Below are positions 51,263 to 64,000 of a DNA stretch of 64,000 nucleotides, piece by piece. This DNA comes from Octopus vulgaris (taxonomy: Eukaryota): NCBI GenBank assembly GCA_951406725.2, contig OX597815.1:120466001-120530000 (forward strand), in the 5' to 3' direction. How positions within the stretch are numbered: position 1 is the stretch's first letter; every line of letters starts with the position of its first letter. The notes under the pieces are model-generated. The model saw only the letters and a list, made by a program, of their open reading frames with translations, made no database searches and had not been told where the DNA came from. The position numbers and the translations under genes were made by a program.

Positions 51263-54225
51263 ATATATATGTATATATGTGTATATATATATATACATAT
51301 ATATATATGTATGTATGTATGTACACACACATACACATGTATGTATTTATTGATGTGTGTATATGTATATGCATCTGTTGTACGTTTATGTGAATAATAT
51401 AGATCATTGTTTGTGGAAAGTAAACATAACCCTCAGCTTTTTGTCTGGATTGCAGACCAAACATGTGTCCTGTCAACGACAAAGCAAAGGGTAAATGCAG
51501 CGTGTGGTAAACCAACTAAAATGTAAACATATTAGAGTGTCGGGTGTTGTTGCTACTTCATGGACTTATTTAGCTCGAAATAGCAATAATTTGCTCTAAA
51601 TAATTGTCGAACAATAAAACAATAAACACCGAAAATTTTGTGAATAAAGAAGGGCGTCAGGTTAATCTATACAACAAAAGACTGTCTCAATGGGGTTAGG
51701 GGCGAAGTTAGGAATAAAGGTGACAGTCGTGATGGTTGTAGTTGATGGCAGGCAACAATTTGTAGTTCTTACAAATTTACTGACTCAGGAAAAACATGGA
51801 CGATGTCTCCCGCTCTTTCCCCTTCCGTTATAACTCTAAGACTCAGTATGTTACAAGTCATTATGATTAGTGGTAATTAAGGATTCAGTGATTATATTAG
51901 AAAGGAAATTCAAAAGAAATAAATGAATAAAAATAAACAAATGAAGAACTGTCATGTTGATAAACCTCCAGTTTTTACTGTGTTACATTCCAAGGAATGT
52001 TCAGAAAACGCTGAAAGAAGTGTATAAGAAGACGTTAAAATGAGATAGGTGAAATGGCTCAACTGAGAATTGAAACTGCATCGTAAACATTATTTTCCAA
52101 GGCTGAATCTATACACTGTACTTACTTAGGGTATAAATTTATATTTGATTTTAACTGAAAAAATACTGGAGTGCAAATTATACAAGGGACAATGTGAAAA
52201 CTATGAAGGGAAAAAAGTTGTGTGCCAAGATTTAACATTAAAGAGAGGGTTGTGATATATACACGAAAATCTACAGTAAATGTATCACCTGTGAGTGATT
52301 AGCAAAATTAGATTCACACACGTAGTAGGTGATAGACTGGAGATCTGTGATAAAAAGAAATAAATAACAACTGCAGATTTTATGAAATCTGATCATAGAG
52401 CAAAAGACAAACTAAATAGATTAACATCCGTTTGTAATCCAAACAAAATGTCTGGAAGCTATGTGAGATGCTAAAAGTGCAAGGGAACAAGAGATTTCCA
52501 GCAAGTTGGTAGGCCAGAATGAAAACCAAAGAATAACCTTAATATTCAGGATGTAGATGAAAAAAAAACCAAAAAAAAAAACACTGTTTCTATTCCTGTA
52601 AATATCACAGAATATATTATTCATGGATAGAACCAGTCATGATCAAAAGAAGGTATACTATAATGAAACTTCTGATATCACTGTAGATAAAGTAGATAAC
52701 CTACAATCAGGATAAATTATTTTAGCCACAGGGCTAGCATATTATTACAGTGTTAGACAAAAGTCTGAAAGAATGACACTATATATCATTCATCAATGAT
52801 AGAACATTCAGGATTATCCTGAGAATAACCCTGACTCAGTGACATGTTTGCTGAGAAAGAACAGCTTGTAGAAAAATGGGGGAAAAAATAAATAAAAATA
52901 ATCCTACAACAATTTATCTTAACTGTACAACAGGCAAGCTTAGGATTATGTTTTGAAAAAAGACAGGCAAAAATCAAAGTATGAATTGATGTAAGGACCC
53001 TGTAGGAAAGTCACCTTCACACAACATGGAAAGTTGGAAAAAAAAAACACAAACACTCACAAAAAATTTAATAGTATAATGTTACTAGCAATGAAAGAAC
53101 CTGTTCAAGGATCTATTGATACTGTCAATTCCTTGTGTTTATAAAATCAAACAGGAGGCTGAATAAAATCCCCAAATTACTCCTTTTATATTTTTTAAAG
53201 AATTAATGAAAGGATTTATGTGTTGTGATTTGGAGTGAATATAGATCAATTCTCTTTGCATATAACAAAACATTTCCCAAAGTAGATTCAACATTTCTTC
53301 ACATATAACAAAACATTTCTGGTGATGAACAACATTGGACTGTTTATTAGAGACTGGACATAGCTAAATGGTAGAATAGCTCTTCTGTACAACAATATAC
53401 CAGATGTAACCTCACAGAGTGTATGAATTTCTCTACTGAAACAAATGTTAGTTGCATCCAACTACATTCCAGAAAAATCAAGGAAAATGATGCCATTTAT
53501 CGCTTCAAAAAAAAAAAAAAAAAAAATCCAGTTACTATGATTTTCTGCACCAATCACTGGCTCTTGAACTTCTTATGTTTCAAGATCGTAAAGATAAGTT
53601 CCCGTTTCATCCTGTGTCATCAGAACAGCAAAATCATGATTTATTGACCACAAATATTTCCAGCAAATCAGAACATTCTCCTTGATTTTCTAGATTGTGG
53701 TTATAAAAAAGCCACTAAGAGGAAGAGACCAAACAAGATTCTGAAAATGGGCCACATTTACCATGATAACATATAACTGGCAACATATCAGGCAATCAAC
53801 AAATTATGCTGGTCAGTGTTCTCCCCATCCACTGTACAGCTTGGATTTGGTAACCTCTACTTCCCAACTGTTAAATTTAAAGATTGTAATAAATAGTATT
53901 ATGAAAGGATCATGACAAATTATATTTAAACTTTCAAATCAAATAAATAGTTTGAAGTTATTTATGTTTGTTCAAATCTTTAACATACAATTACTATTAA
54001 AATCAACTCTACTTACAACCAAGAGACTACTTGTTCATAGTAAATCTATGGGTATTCTAGAATAGGGATGTAGATAAATATCCAGTACCCATGTAGATAA
54101 ATAATATTCACTGTTCAAACAGCATTCAATCCATAGCAATCCGATCATTAGTATACCATCATCAGCAGCAGCAGAAGCAGCATAATGATAATAATAATAA
54201 TAATGATAATAAAAATAATGATTCT

Positions 54226-54417
54226 TTCAAGGCCTCAAATTTGGGGGAAGGGATTAAGTCGATTACATCAATCCCAGCGTATACTTATTTAATCAACCCC
54301 AAAAGGATGAAAGGTAAAGTCGACTTTGGTGGAACTTGAACTCAGAACATAGCTGCAGATGAAATACTGCTAATCATTTCACACAGCATGCTAATGATTC
54401 TGCCAGCTCGCCGCCTT
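54226..54417 (-). mobile_element. SINE family B
   Basis: AAGTCGATTACATC...AAAGGATGAAAGGTAAAGTCGAC...GATTCTGCCAGCTCGCCGCC. Confidence 0.85.
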
Positions 54418-54454
54418 AATAATAATAATAATAATAATAACAATAATAATAATA

Positions 54455-54504
<50 letters not shown>

Positions 54505-55184
54505 CTTATATCAATACTATCATTTATATAGAAGGATTAATTGGTATTTTCTACAGTCTCTTTTTATAAAAAATAGTGGAGATGGGATTTCCATATTATA
54601 TATTTGATAAAAATAAGTCAGTTACAGACTTACAGTTAGTTAAAGTCATTATCTAATATATGAAGTGGGACTTAAATTTGGTATGTTTAATTTAGATCTA
54701 TTCTAAAGTATCTCTCATGCTATATGATTGGCAACCCATTTAAGCATTCAATTCACTTTGTAGTTTTACTGTTGTAAACACCAAATAAATACAACCTATC
54801 TCAATACTTTTATGACTATTATTTCTGTTTAAATACACAGCCTTTGTTTCAATTGTTTAATTAATTCTGCAAACAATGCAGAATTTAGTATTATAAGTTC
54901 ATTATTATTATTAAGCTGAAGTTTGGAGTATAAATTAATATGAAATTTTGATAGAAGGTTTTAAATTAAATGACTTTAAACAGAAAGCTTGTATCATAGA
55001 AGCTGAGGTAGTTTCAAACAAGTTGAAATTGAAAGGGTTAATATATTAAATGAATTAATCATTGATGTTTACTTGATTACTTAGCTTCAGTGGTTAACAA
55101 TAGACTTGTACTGTTTCATTGCCAACTATCCCTTATATGTGTACATTACAGCCACACAAAAAAAAAGACAAAAAAAATAAACAT

Positions 55185-55562
55185 AGGCAGAGGAGTGGCT
55201 GTCTGGTAAGTAGCTTGCTTACCAGCCACATGGTTCCGGGTTCAGTTCCACCTTGGGCAAGTGTCTTCTACTATAGCCTCAGGCCGACCAAAGTCTTGTG
55301 AGAGGATTTGGTAGACGGAAACTGAAAGAAGTCCGTCGTATATATGTATATGTATAAATGTGTGTGTGTGTTCGTGTTCTCCTCAACATCACTTGACAAC
55401 CGATTCTGGTGTGTTTACGTCTCCGTAACATAGTGATTCAGCAAAAGAGACTGATAGAATAAGTACTAGGCTTACGAAGAATAAATCCTGGGGTCAATTT
55501 GCTCAAGCAAAGGCCGCAGTCAAATAACTGAAACAAGCAAAAGAGTAAAAGAGAGTAAAGAG
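55185..55562 (+). mobile_element. SINE family A, near full length
   Basis: GGCAGAGGAGTGGCTGTCTGGTAAG...CCTTGGGCAAGTG...AAGAGTAAAAGAGAGTAAAGAG. Confidence 0.9.
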
Positions 55563-55644
55563 TTACCCTGAAAACAGCAGTATAGCTATATTGAACAACT
55601 GGACACACACACACACACACACACACACACCCAATGCACATGTA

Positions 55645-55798
55645 TATGATGAGTTTCTTTCAGTTTCCATTAATCACATCCACTTGCAATGCTTTGGTCA
55701 GCCTTCGGCCTCCATTTCAAGGTGCTACACAATGGGACCAAACCCCAAACCATGTGGTTGGGAAGTGAACTTCTTATCCATATAGCCATGCCTGCACC
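55645..55798 (-). mobile_element. SINE family A, 5' half, CpG-decayed
   Basis: ATGATGAGTTTCTTTCAGTTTCC...CATGTGGTTGGGAAG...AGCCATGCCTGCACC. Confidence 0.7.
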
Positions 55799-56202
55799 TA
55801 TATGTAAAAGGAAAACAAACTTCTGGGTGAATATTAATTAAAAACATCATAAATTCAAATATATGGTACTGTGACTAATATACAGTCACTGAGCAAAGGT
55901 ACAACACTAGCTATACTAAATAACTCAAATAACCTGCATTTATTCTTCATCATCTGTCAGTAGTGATCAGGATTTCAACCTGTTCTGTCAGGATCATTTC
56001 TTCAAATTGTGCTGAGCAAATATCACTGTTCTTTTGGTCCATGCTTTAGAACAATTTCTCTTCCTTCTGTTATCCTTTAGTCATCACACAGAATTGGATT
56101 TAGCTCTGCCTACTATAACCTTTCACTGACTATTTTCTTTTACTACTTGGTTAGGTTTACTCTTTGCTCAGTTGTAATTTTGATCTTTCTCTCTACCCCA
56201 TT

Positions 56203-56252
<50 letters not shown>

Positions 56253-56257
56253 CATAC

Positions 56258-57645
56258 ATACGGGTTGCCCCTGGGAGCTCCTCTATGCTGATGACCTAGC
56301 CCTCATAGCAGAATCACTACCAGAACTAGAAAAGAAATTTCGGATGTGGAAGCTTGGTTTAGAATCAAAAGGCCTTAGAGTCAATGTAGCAAAGACCAAA
56401 ATTCTAGTAGCTAGGAAGGCGAACTCATCACACACTCACTTAGGTAGGTGGCCCTGCTTGATCTGTAGAAAAGGTGTAGGTAGAAACTCCATAAGATGTA
56501 CCCAGTGTAAGCTATGGACACATAAGAGGTGCAGCAATATCAAACGAAAATTAGCCGAGAAGATAGCTTTCGTGTGCATCGGATGCACAGGGGCAATAGA
56601 CACCACAGATACTCAGAAAACAGATTCCATCACACTCCAGGGGAAGAAACTAGAAGTAGTTGATAGCTCTGCTATCTAGGTGACCAAGTTAATAGTGGAT
56701 GCTCAGGGGGTGTTTCCACTAGAATAAGAATAGCCTGGGCAAAGTTTAGAAAGCTTCTTCCCCTACTGGTGACAAAGGGTCTCTCGCTAAGAGTGAAAGG
56801 TAGATTGTATGACGCATGTGTGTGAACTGACATGCTTCACGGTAGTGAAACATGGGCCATGACTGTGGAGGACATGCGTAGGCTCGAAAGAAATGAAGCT
56901 AGCATGATCTGCTAGATGTGTAATGTCAGTGTGCATGCATGACAGAGTGTAAGCACCCTGAGAGAAATGTTGGATATAAGAAGCATTGCAGAAGAGATGT
57001 TTGCGTTGGTATGGTCATGTACTACGGATGGATGAGGAGAGATAGGTGAAGAAGTGCCACTCCCAAACAGTTGAAGGAATCTGGGGTAGAGGTAGACCCA
57101 GGAAGACATGGGATGAGGTGGTCAAGCAAGACTTTCGAACATTAAGCCTCACAGAAGTAATAACGAAAGACCAAGACCTCTGGAGATATGCTGTAACTGC
57201 GAAGACCCAACAAATGAAGTGAGTTCATGGCTCACAGGACGGGCTGCTGTGCTTACCTTGGATTGTTGGGCAACCTGCAGTGCTTGAGAAGACCTATTGA
57301 GTCAAGTACATCAACATCAAAATAAAAATCAAATGGAAATTGTAGTTGTGATACCTGTGCCAGTGGCACGTAAAAAGCACCATCCGAACGTGGCTGATGC
57401 CAGCACTGGTAAAAAGCATCAACCATTCGTGGCTGTTGCTAGCCTCCTCTGGCCCCTGTGCCGGTGGCATGTAAAAAGCACCCACTACACTCACAGAGTG
57501 GTAGGCATTAGGAAGGGCATCCAGCTGTAGAAACACTGCCAGATCAGAGTGGAGTCTGGTGCAGCCTCCTGGATTCCCAGACCCTGGTCAAACCATCCAA
57601 CCCATGCTAGCATGGAAAGCGGACGTTAAACGATGATGATGATGA
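56258..57645 (+). mobile_element. 5'-truncated RTE-clade LINE (RT with Cys/His insert, 3'UTR, (GAT)n tail)
   Basis: PWELLYADDL, GLRVNVAKTK, CLICRKGVGRNSIRCTQCKLWTHKRC, RIRIAWAKF, LHGSETW, GRGRPRKTW; stops/frameshifts; tail CGTTAAACGATGATGAT. Confidence 0.9.
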
Positions 57646-57794
57646 TTTTCTCTCTCTCTGTTTCTCTCCCTTTCTCTTAACATTATATTATCATAGCACA
57701 TAACACAGAAAATCTGAAAATACACAATAATAGCATACACTAAAAATATGCCGTATAATCTACACTAAGAAACACATACTACATGTAGCATATC

Positions 57795-58135
57795 ATGATC
57801 GTCATCATTTCTTACTATCTCTGCATGTAGCAGGATGCACACCAACATGAGATAGTTGTCTCCATAGTACTCAATCTTTGGTAAGAGCATTCAGGGAAAC
57901 TATGTCAAAACCTGTCCATGCTTGATGGTATCTCTCCATCTTTTACGTTACCAACCTCTGTTTCTCTTTCCATTAATCATACCTTCCGAACAGATCTTGC
58001 TGATATCACAAACTATTTACTTAATGTAGCGAAGCAGTTTGACTTCTTTATTTTTGATGACTGTGGTAACTGGTAGTAATTTGGTTATTTCTCTTAGATC
58101 TTCAATTCTGACATTATTTGAGATTTTGGTATTAA
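57795..58135 (-). pseudogene. Old RTE LINE 3' end
   Basis: Minus EGMINGKRNRG..RKRWRD motif. Confidence 0.55.
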
Positions 58136-58151
58136 TAAGGATCAGCACAGG

Positions 58152-58566
58152 TGCATGACACCAGTATCTGCCATGACTGCAATTTTACTTGGCTTGATGG
58201 GTTTTCTTCTCAAGCATGACATAATGCCAAAGGCCTCGGTCATTGCCTCCATGAGGCCCAAGCTCCTTTTGAGTGTTGGGTCTCACTGAGACAATGACTG
58301 AGACCTTTGGCATGGTGTCATGCTTGAGAAGAAAACCCATCAAGCCAAGGAAAATTGCAGTCATGGCAAATAGTGGTGTCATGCAAATGGCACTCATGCC
58401 AGTGGCATGTAAAAACACCCATTACACTCTCAGAGTGGTTGGCATTAGGACAGACATCCAGCTGTAGAAATTATGCCAAATCAGACTGTGGTCTGGTGCA
58501 GCCTTCCACCTTGCTAGCCCTGGTCACAACATCCAACCCATGCCAACATGGACAACAGATGATGTT
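58152..58566 (+). mobile_element. RTE 3'UTR-related copy with inverted 5' duplication
   Basis: 58152-58261 is the reverse complement of 58276-58385; 58395-58566 matches 57460-57640. Confidence 0.75.
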
Positions 58567-58569
58567 GAT

Positions 58570-58876
<307 letters not shown>

Positions 58877-59311
58877 ACATACACACATGCACACACACAT
58901 ATATCATCAATAATTCATTATATATATATGTCAATAGAGGAAACAAAGTTATTTTATTCCACCCGGGTAGAAATATAGGAAAAATAGAAGTTGAAAATGC
59001 ACTGAGAATAGTTAAAATATTTTTTTATTATTATATTGAAAAATTTAACTGGTTTCATAGTTTACACTGATTTTCAAAAATTTGAAATAGAAAGATGTGG
59101 CTTATGTTGCAGCTGTCTAGCTTCTGACTAGTGTTTGAAGCTTGCTCTATTTTTATTGGGAGTTCACGGCTCAAATTAGTATATGTTTTGAATAGGGTTT
59201 GATTTGTAGAGGATTGTCACATGATTGGTCTTAGAAATTTTTGTAGGTTCCCAGCTATGTCCATGTGTTAGTATCAAGTGACAATGTTTAGTGTTGTAAG
59301 TTAAGGCTGAC

Positions 59312-59404
59312 ACGGTTGAATGAACGAGTCTAGTGGTAGTGCTATAATAAACATTCAGAGCATTGATTGTTTAGTACTACCACTAGACTCATTCAGTCAA
59401 CTGT
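59312..59404. repeat. ~90-nt hairpin
   Basis: GTTGAATGAACGAGTCTAGTGGTAGTGCTA / TAGTACTACCACTAGACTCATTCAGTCAAC. Confidence 0.85.
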
Positions 59405-59426
59405 TTCATTCAATAACATGCAATTA

Positions 59427-59645
59427 CAAGGGAGTGCTGAAAAGTTCCTGGCTTTAAGGGTATTGTGAAAGGCCTGGTTGGTTACCCAACCTTCCAAGTT
59501 CTTTTACAAGGCTTAGAAAAACTGAAGGACCACTGCAATGAGTGTTTGAATCTGTGGGCAGTGGGATATGTTGAATAAAATCATGATAACTAATCCTCCT
59601 GTATTTTCTTTTACCCATAGCCAGGATCTTTTCAGTGACCCCTCA
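59427..59645 (+). mobile_element. Mariner-derived MITE
   Basis: TA|CAAGGGAGTGCTGAAAAGTTCCTGGCT ... AGCCAGGATCTTTTCAGTGACCCCTCA|TA; internal remnant resembles the mariner transposase C-terminus (LEKLKDHCNECL...GYVE*). Confidence 0.8.
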
Positions 59646-60122
59646 TATGAGATTAGTCTAACAAAATACATTCAATTATTGACTATAGACTCTAACCAAT
59701 TATAACCCATTGTAAGTCCTCACTAAAATGAGCCAACAGTAAAACTATGAACCTCCACTTGAACCATAATATAGTTGAAAACATTATATAATGAACTCTC
59801 TCCATCTCAACATGTAAATCTATGCTTAAGAGAGCAGTACATAATTAACACTAAATAACATCTTATAAAATGTATACTCACCAGCACATTGTATAATATA
59901 AACTCAACAATATGCATTATCATCTACACTTATATATCCCATTTAGAATGCTCAACATAATAAGTAGTATACAGCTGATGTTAAGTATCACATCATAATG
60001 TTAAATATAACATTACATAACTTCTTCTCAATGTCACATGACATATCTATTTTCAAAAGCATAATAAGCAGTACTAAGGCTATACTATACAACCTATATA
60101 CAGCAATGCTATATTTGTGTTG

Positions 60123-60506
60123 TGTGGAGGCACAATGGCCTAGTGGTTAGGGCAGTGGACTCATGGTCGTAGGATCGCAGTTTCGATTCCCAGACCGGGC
60201 ATTGTGAGTGCTTATTGAGTGAAAATACCTAAAGCTCCACGAGGCTCCGGCAGGGGGTGGTGGCGAACCCTGCTGTACTCTTTCACCACAGCTTTCTCTC
60301 ACTCTTTCTTCCTATTTCTGTTGTCCATGTATTTCAAAGGGCCAACCTTGTCACACTCTGTGTCACGCTGAATCTCCCCGAGAACTACATTAAGGGTACA
60401 AGTGTCTGTGGAGTGCTCAGCCACTTGCATGTTAATTTCACGAGTAGGCTGTTCTGTTGACTGGATCAACTGGAACCCTCGTTGACGTAACCGATGGAGT
60501 ACCACA
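60123..60506 (+). mobile_element. SINE family C, full length
   Basis: A box TGGCCTAGTGG, B-box-like TTTCGATTCC; tail CCACTTGCATGTTAATTTCACGAG...CAACTGGAACC. Confidence 0.85.
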
Positions 60507-60695
60507 ATTTATGTTGTACATAAAAAGTAAACAAAATTAAACATTATATCCCTAATATGCTACATGACTTAATACCTTTAAGTACCATAGTATATTCTGT
60601 GGAATAGTCACAGTTCACACTGGCTCTTTCACTTTGCCTGTTTTTCATACATATACTGAAATTTGAGATAAACATTAGCTGCAAAAATTTGACCT

Positions 60696-60929
60696 CATTT
60701 GACTGTGGCCATGCTGGAATACCACCTTTAGTTAAAGAAATAGACCCCAGGACTTACTCTTTATAAGCCTAGTACTCATTCTTTCGATCTCTTTCACCAA
60801 ACCACTTAGTTACAGGGACGTAAACACAACACCGTCAGTTATCAAGCGAGGGCACGGGAACAAACACAGAGACATACAAATACATACATACATACATACA
60901 TCATACATATATATGTGTGTGTGTGTGTG

Positions 60930-60971
<42 letters not shown>

Positions 60972-61248
60972 CGATGAGTTTCTTTCAGTTTCTGTCTACA
61001 AATCCACTGACAAGGCTTGCCCAAGGTGCCATGTAGTGGGACTGAACCCAGAACCATGTGGTTTGGAAGCAAGCTTCTTAACACAGCCACACCTGCAGCT
61101 GTGTATGTGTGTGTGTGTGTGTATGTATCAAGAGGTTTGCTTCCCAACCACATGGTTTCAGGTTCGGTCTCACTGTGTGACATGTTCGACAACCTTGGGG
61201 CTGACCAGAGCCTTGTGAGTGGATTTGGTAGACTGAAACTGAAAGAAG
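60696..61248. mobile_element. SINE family A minus copy (60696-61096) and plus 5' half (61130-61248)
   Basis: Family A motifs with CpG-to-TpG/CpA changes. Confidence 0.8.
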
Positions 61249-61259
61249 TTTGTTGAGTA

Positions 61260-62152
61260 GCAAGGTTTTATGATAATAGTTAATTGCACGTGTACTTTTA
61301 TCAGTTCCTATTAAATAAATTTAATATTTCTATTAGTTACTGGTAAGTTTATATTAAAACTTGTAAGGATAATATATTAATGAGTATGTAGTGTTTTTAT
61401 TATTAACTTATGAATTATGAAATAATGTATTTCACTCATTATATTATTTGTTAAATTAAATTCAATCGCATTTTGTTTTGGAGAGAATTGAAATAAAACT
61501 TTCACTTTTTTCTATTGTAGTAACTATAGAAGTATATAATTTAGTTATTGTAGGTTTACTATGAATACTGATAGAGATGTACAGAGATTTATGTGTTTCT
61601 TGTAGTTTAATTCTAAAGTCAGTGTTTAATCCTGCCTATATTTAGATTGAATGAATGTGGTTTATTAAGCTTTCACTTTTATTATGCTAAGGAAGGCTGT
61701 AGGGAATAAATGTACGACTTAAAGATTTGGTCACTGTTTAGTTACATATTTAGGAGTTGGTTATTGATTGACTTATTAATTTGTTTACAGATACTGTCGT
61801 ACATAGGGTAAATGTGTTTGAAAGTTGTGGTTTCTTTAGTATGTTTGTTCCCAAACAACACTTATTTTAGTGCTGTTGACATTGTTAGATTGAATGGTAC
61901 TGCCCAGGTGTCGAAACCATAATGATATCCGTGGGGCAGCTGATGATGGAGGTATGTTGGATTGTTGGTATGGCTGTTTTTGTATATGTGGAATAGTGTT
62001 ATAATACTTCTTTTGTCCGACGAACGGGAGCGTGAAACTCTGAGTACCAGCTTTTATTATATTTCTGCTGCTTTTAAATAAAGCATATTACTCTACCGCT
62101 GGTATTTGAGTACTCTTTTTTCCACCTTGTTTCACATTTATGTGCTTACTTC
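61260..62152 (+). mobile_element. Probable Penelope-like terminal region with hammerhead-like motifs
   Basis: AT-rich tract, then GTCGAAAC...GCAGCTGATGA and CCGACGA-ACG(GGAG)CGT-GAA-ACTCTGAGT-A at 62017-62046. Confidence 0.45.
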
Positions 62153-62185
62153 GTATATATGTATATATATCAATAGATAGATATG

Positions 62186-62372
62186 TGTTTGTGTGTATCT
62201 GTGTTTGTTCCCCACATCACTTAACAACCGGTGTTGGTTTGTCTACGTTGCTGTAACTTAACGGTTCGGCAAAAGACACCGATAGAATAAGTACCAAGTA
62301 CCATGCTTAGAAAAATTAAGTACCGGTCTCAAATTTTTCAAGGCAGTGCTGCAGTTTAATGACTGAAACAAA
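62186..62372 (+). mobile_element. SINE family A, 3' half
   Basis: CTGTGTTTGTTCCCC...GGTTCGGCAAAAGACACCGATAGAATAAGTACC...AATGACTGAAACAA. Confidence 0.75.
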
Positions 62373-62378
62373 ATAATA

Positions 62379-62432
<54 letters not shown>

Positions 62433-62444
62433 CGTGCGTGTGCA

Positions 62445-62590
<146 letters not shown>

Positions 62591-63098
62591 GTATAAATAC
62601 GCTGTCATTTTATGCCTTGCCCTGTGGACAAAAACCCGGGATCGCCGACATTGTTTAAAAGGTAGACAATCGTTTACGATTGACTAGTATATTTAATAAA
62701 TTTATAATTCATTTACAGCAGTCATGAACAAACTGCGGCCCGTGGGACTTTCATAGTAGTGCGCCTAGCGAAAAATTACCTTGAAAGTTTTTAGGATGAG
62801 CCATGCTTCTCGAAAAAGGTTTTCCATACCTAATTTACAACACGCAGTGTCGGCAATGGAAGGATCTGAATCAGTGAAAGAGGCTTCATTATCACCATCC
62901 TTCGACGTGGTTGAACAATCAGTCCCAACCAGTCGGAATGTATAGTACGACCAACATCCACATCCCCCATACTTTGGTGCTTGATTTGTTCGTACTATTC
63001 ATCGTACTATTCGTTCGTACAATTTAACTCTTTTCAGGTAATTTCATCTGGGTCGCCAATATTGTTCATCTTTCGTAGCTGAGTGACTAGCAACGTAG

Positions 63099-64000
63099 AA
63101 TTAGTTTAGTTTAGTTTAGTTAATTTTTGGCTCAAAAAGCAAAAAGCAAGGCCATGATCTCTTTACATGTACATGTAAAGAGATCAGGCCACTTGTGGTC
63201 AAGGGAGACTTTGAACCGAGCGGTCGTCGGCATCTTCACCATCTCGTCCGGCAGCTTATTCCACGGATCCGCGACCCGGACGGAGAAAGCCCCTCTCCTT
63301 CGATTGAGATGAAATCGTCGCAGATAGAGCTTTTCGGAGTGACCCCGCAGCCGACGCTCTGGAGCAGGAGTGAAGAACAGCTCTTTCGAGAGGTTACACT
63401 TTCCGCTTATGATGTTGTGAGCAAGAATGAGATCACCACGGCGTCGTCGTTTTTCTAGAGAATAAAGGTCGAGCGTCTTCAGCCTTTCTTCATAAGACAA
63501 ATTCTTGAGACCAAGAACCATGCGGGTAGCCAGCTTCTGGACTCTTTCGAGATGCTGTATGTCTTTGAGGAGATAAGGAGAAGAGGCTTGAATCCCGTAC
63601 TCCAATATGGGTCTCACCAGCGTGACATAGAGCGGTAGGAATATGGCTGCTGTGAGCATTCCGAATGACCGTCGAATCAAGAACAGAACTCCGCGTGCTT
63701 TGTTGGCAGCATGGACGCCCTGGGCCGAAGGCGAAAAGGAGGAATCCACCAAGATACCCAGGTTCTTTACCTGATCTCCAGCAGCAGACGACCCGGCTCG
63801 AAATAAAGTTGAGTTGCAGGAGGAGAGCCAACAGGCAGCTGACAGCACTTTGACACGTTTAGACACAGGTCCCATTCTTTAGACCATCTCCAAATTTCCT
63901 CTATATCACCGCGATGAGCGACCAGTTTGACATCGTCGGCAAATAGAAGGGTGTGTTGCGTGAGGTCGTCAGGCAAGTCATTTATGAAGACTAAGAACAA
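63099..64000 (-). mobile_element. CR1-group LINE 3' end (RT C-terminus; runs off the window)
   Basis: FLVFINDLP, LFADDVK, LNVSKC, frameshift near 63775, VKNLGILVD, LYVTLVRPILEY, LERVQKLATR, SLEKRRRRGDLI, FSVRV..WNKLP; (ACTAA)n tail. Confidence 0.9.

Noticed and set aside
52786-52851. Possible minus-strand last exon NMSLSQGYSQDNPECSIIDE*
   Set aside because: Plausible acceptor but no partner exons or homology recognised.
60123-60200. tRNA-like sequences with A and B boxes (also 1430-1498, 13305, 31450-31512)
   Set aside because: No proper acceptor stem and they run straight into SINE bodies; SINE heads, not tRNA genes.

Overview
AT-rich, microsatellite-saturated eukaryotic DNA with no confidently identifiable host protein-coding gene. 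The repeat families look like those of an octopus/coleoid cephalopod genome (inference, not a database result). Nearly all ORF-track entries are translations of (TA)n/(CA)n/(ATGT)n/(AAT)n repeats or SINE bodies. What is really here: (i) many tRNA-derived SINEs of several families (A: CORE-like TTGGGCAAGT motif; B: Nin/Deu-domain-like; C and Meta-domain-like); (ii) decayed LINEs: Tx1/L1-like, R4/Dong-like, RTE, CR1; (iii) three Penelope-like (GIY-YIG) ORF remnants and about ten minimal hammerhead-ribozyme (HHR)-like motifs; (iv) six copies of a ~555-bp non-coding element sitting in (AAT)n; (v) mariner, pogo-like and Merlin-like MITEs and several long hairpins. The most interesting item is a ~330-bp element joining a tRNA-like Pol III head to a Penelope-type minimal hammerhead (31186-31515, plus a head-to-head dimer at 7224-7804), i.e. 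a candidate ribozyme-bearing SINE mobilised by Penelope-like elements. A sharp CpG-depleted domain at ~52-61.7 kb suggests a methylated gene body whose exons I could not identify.
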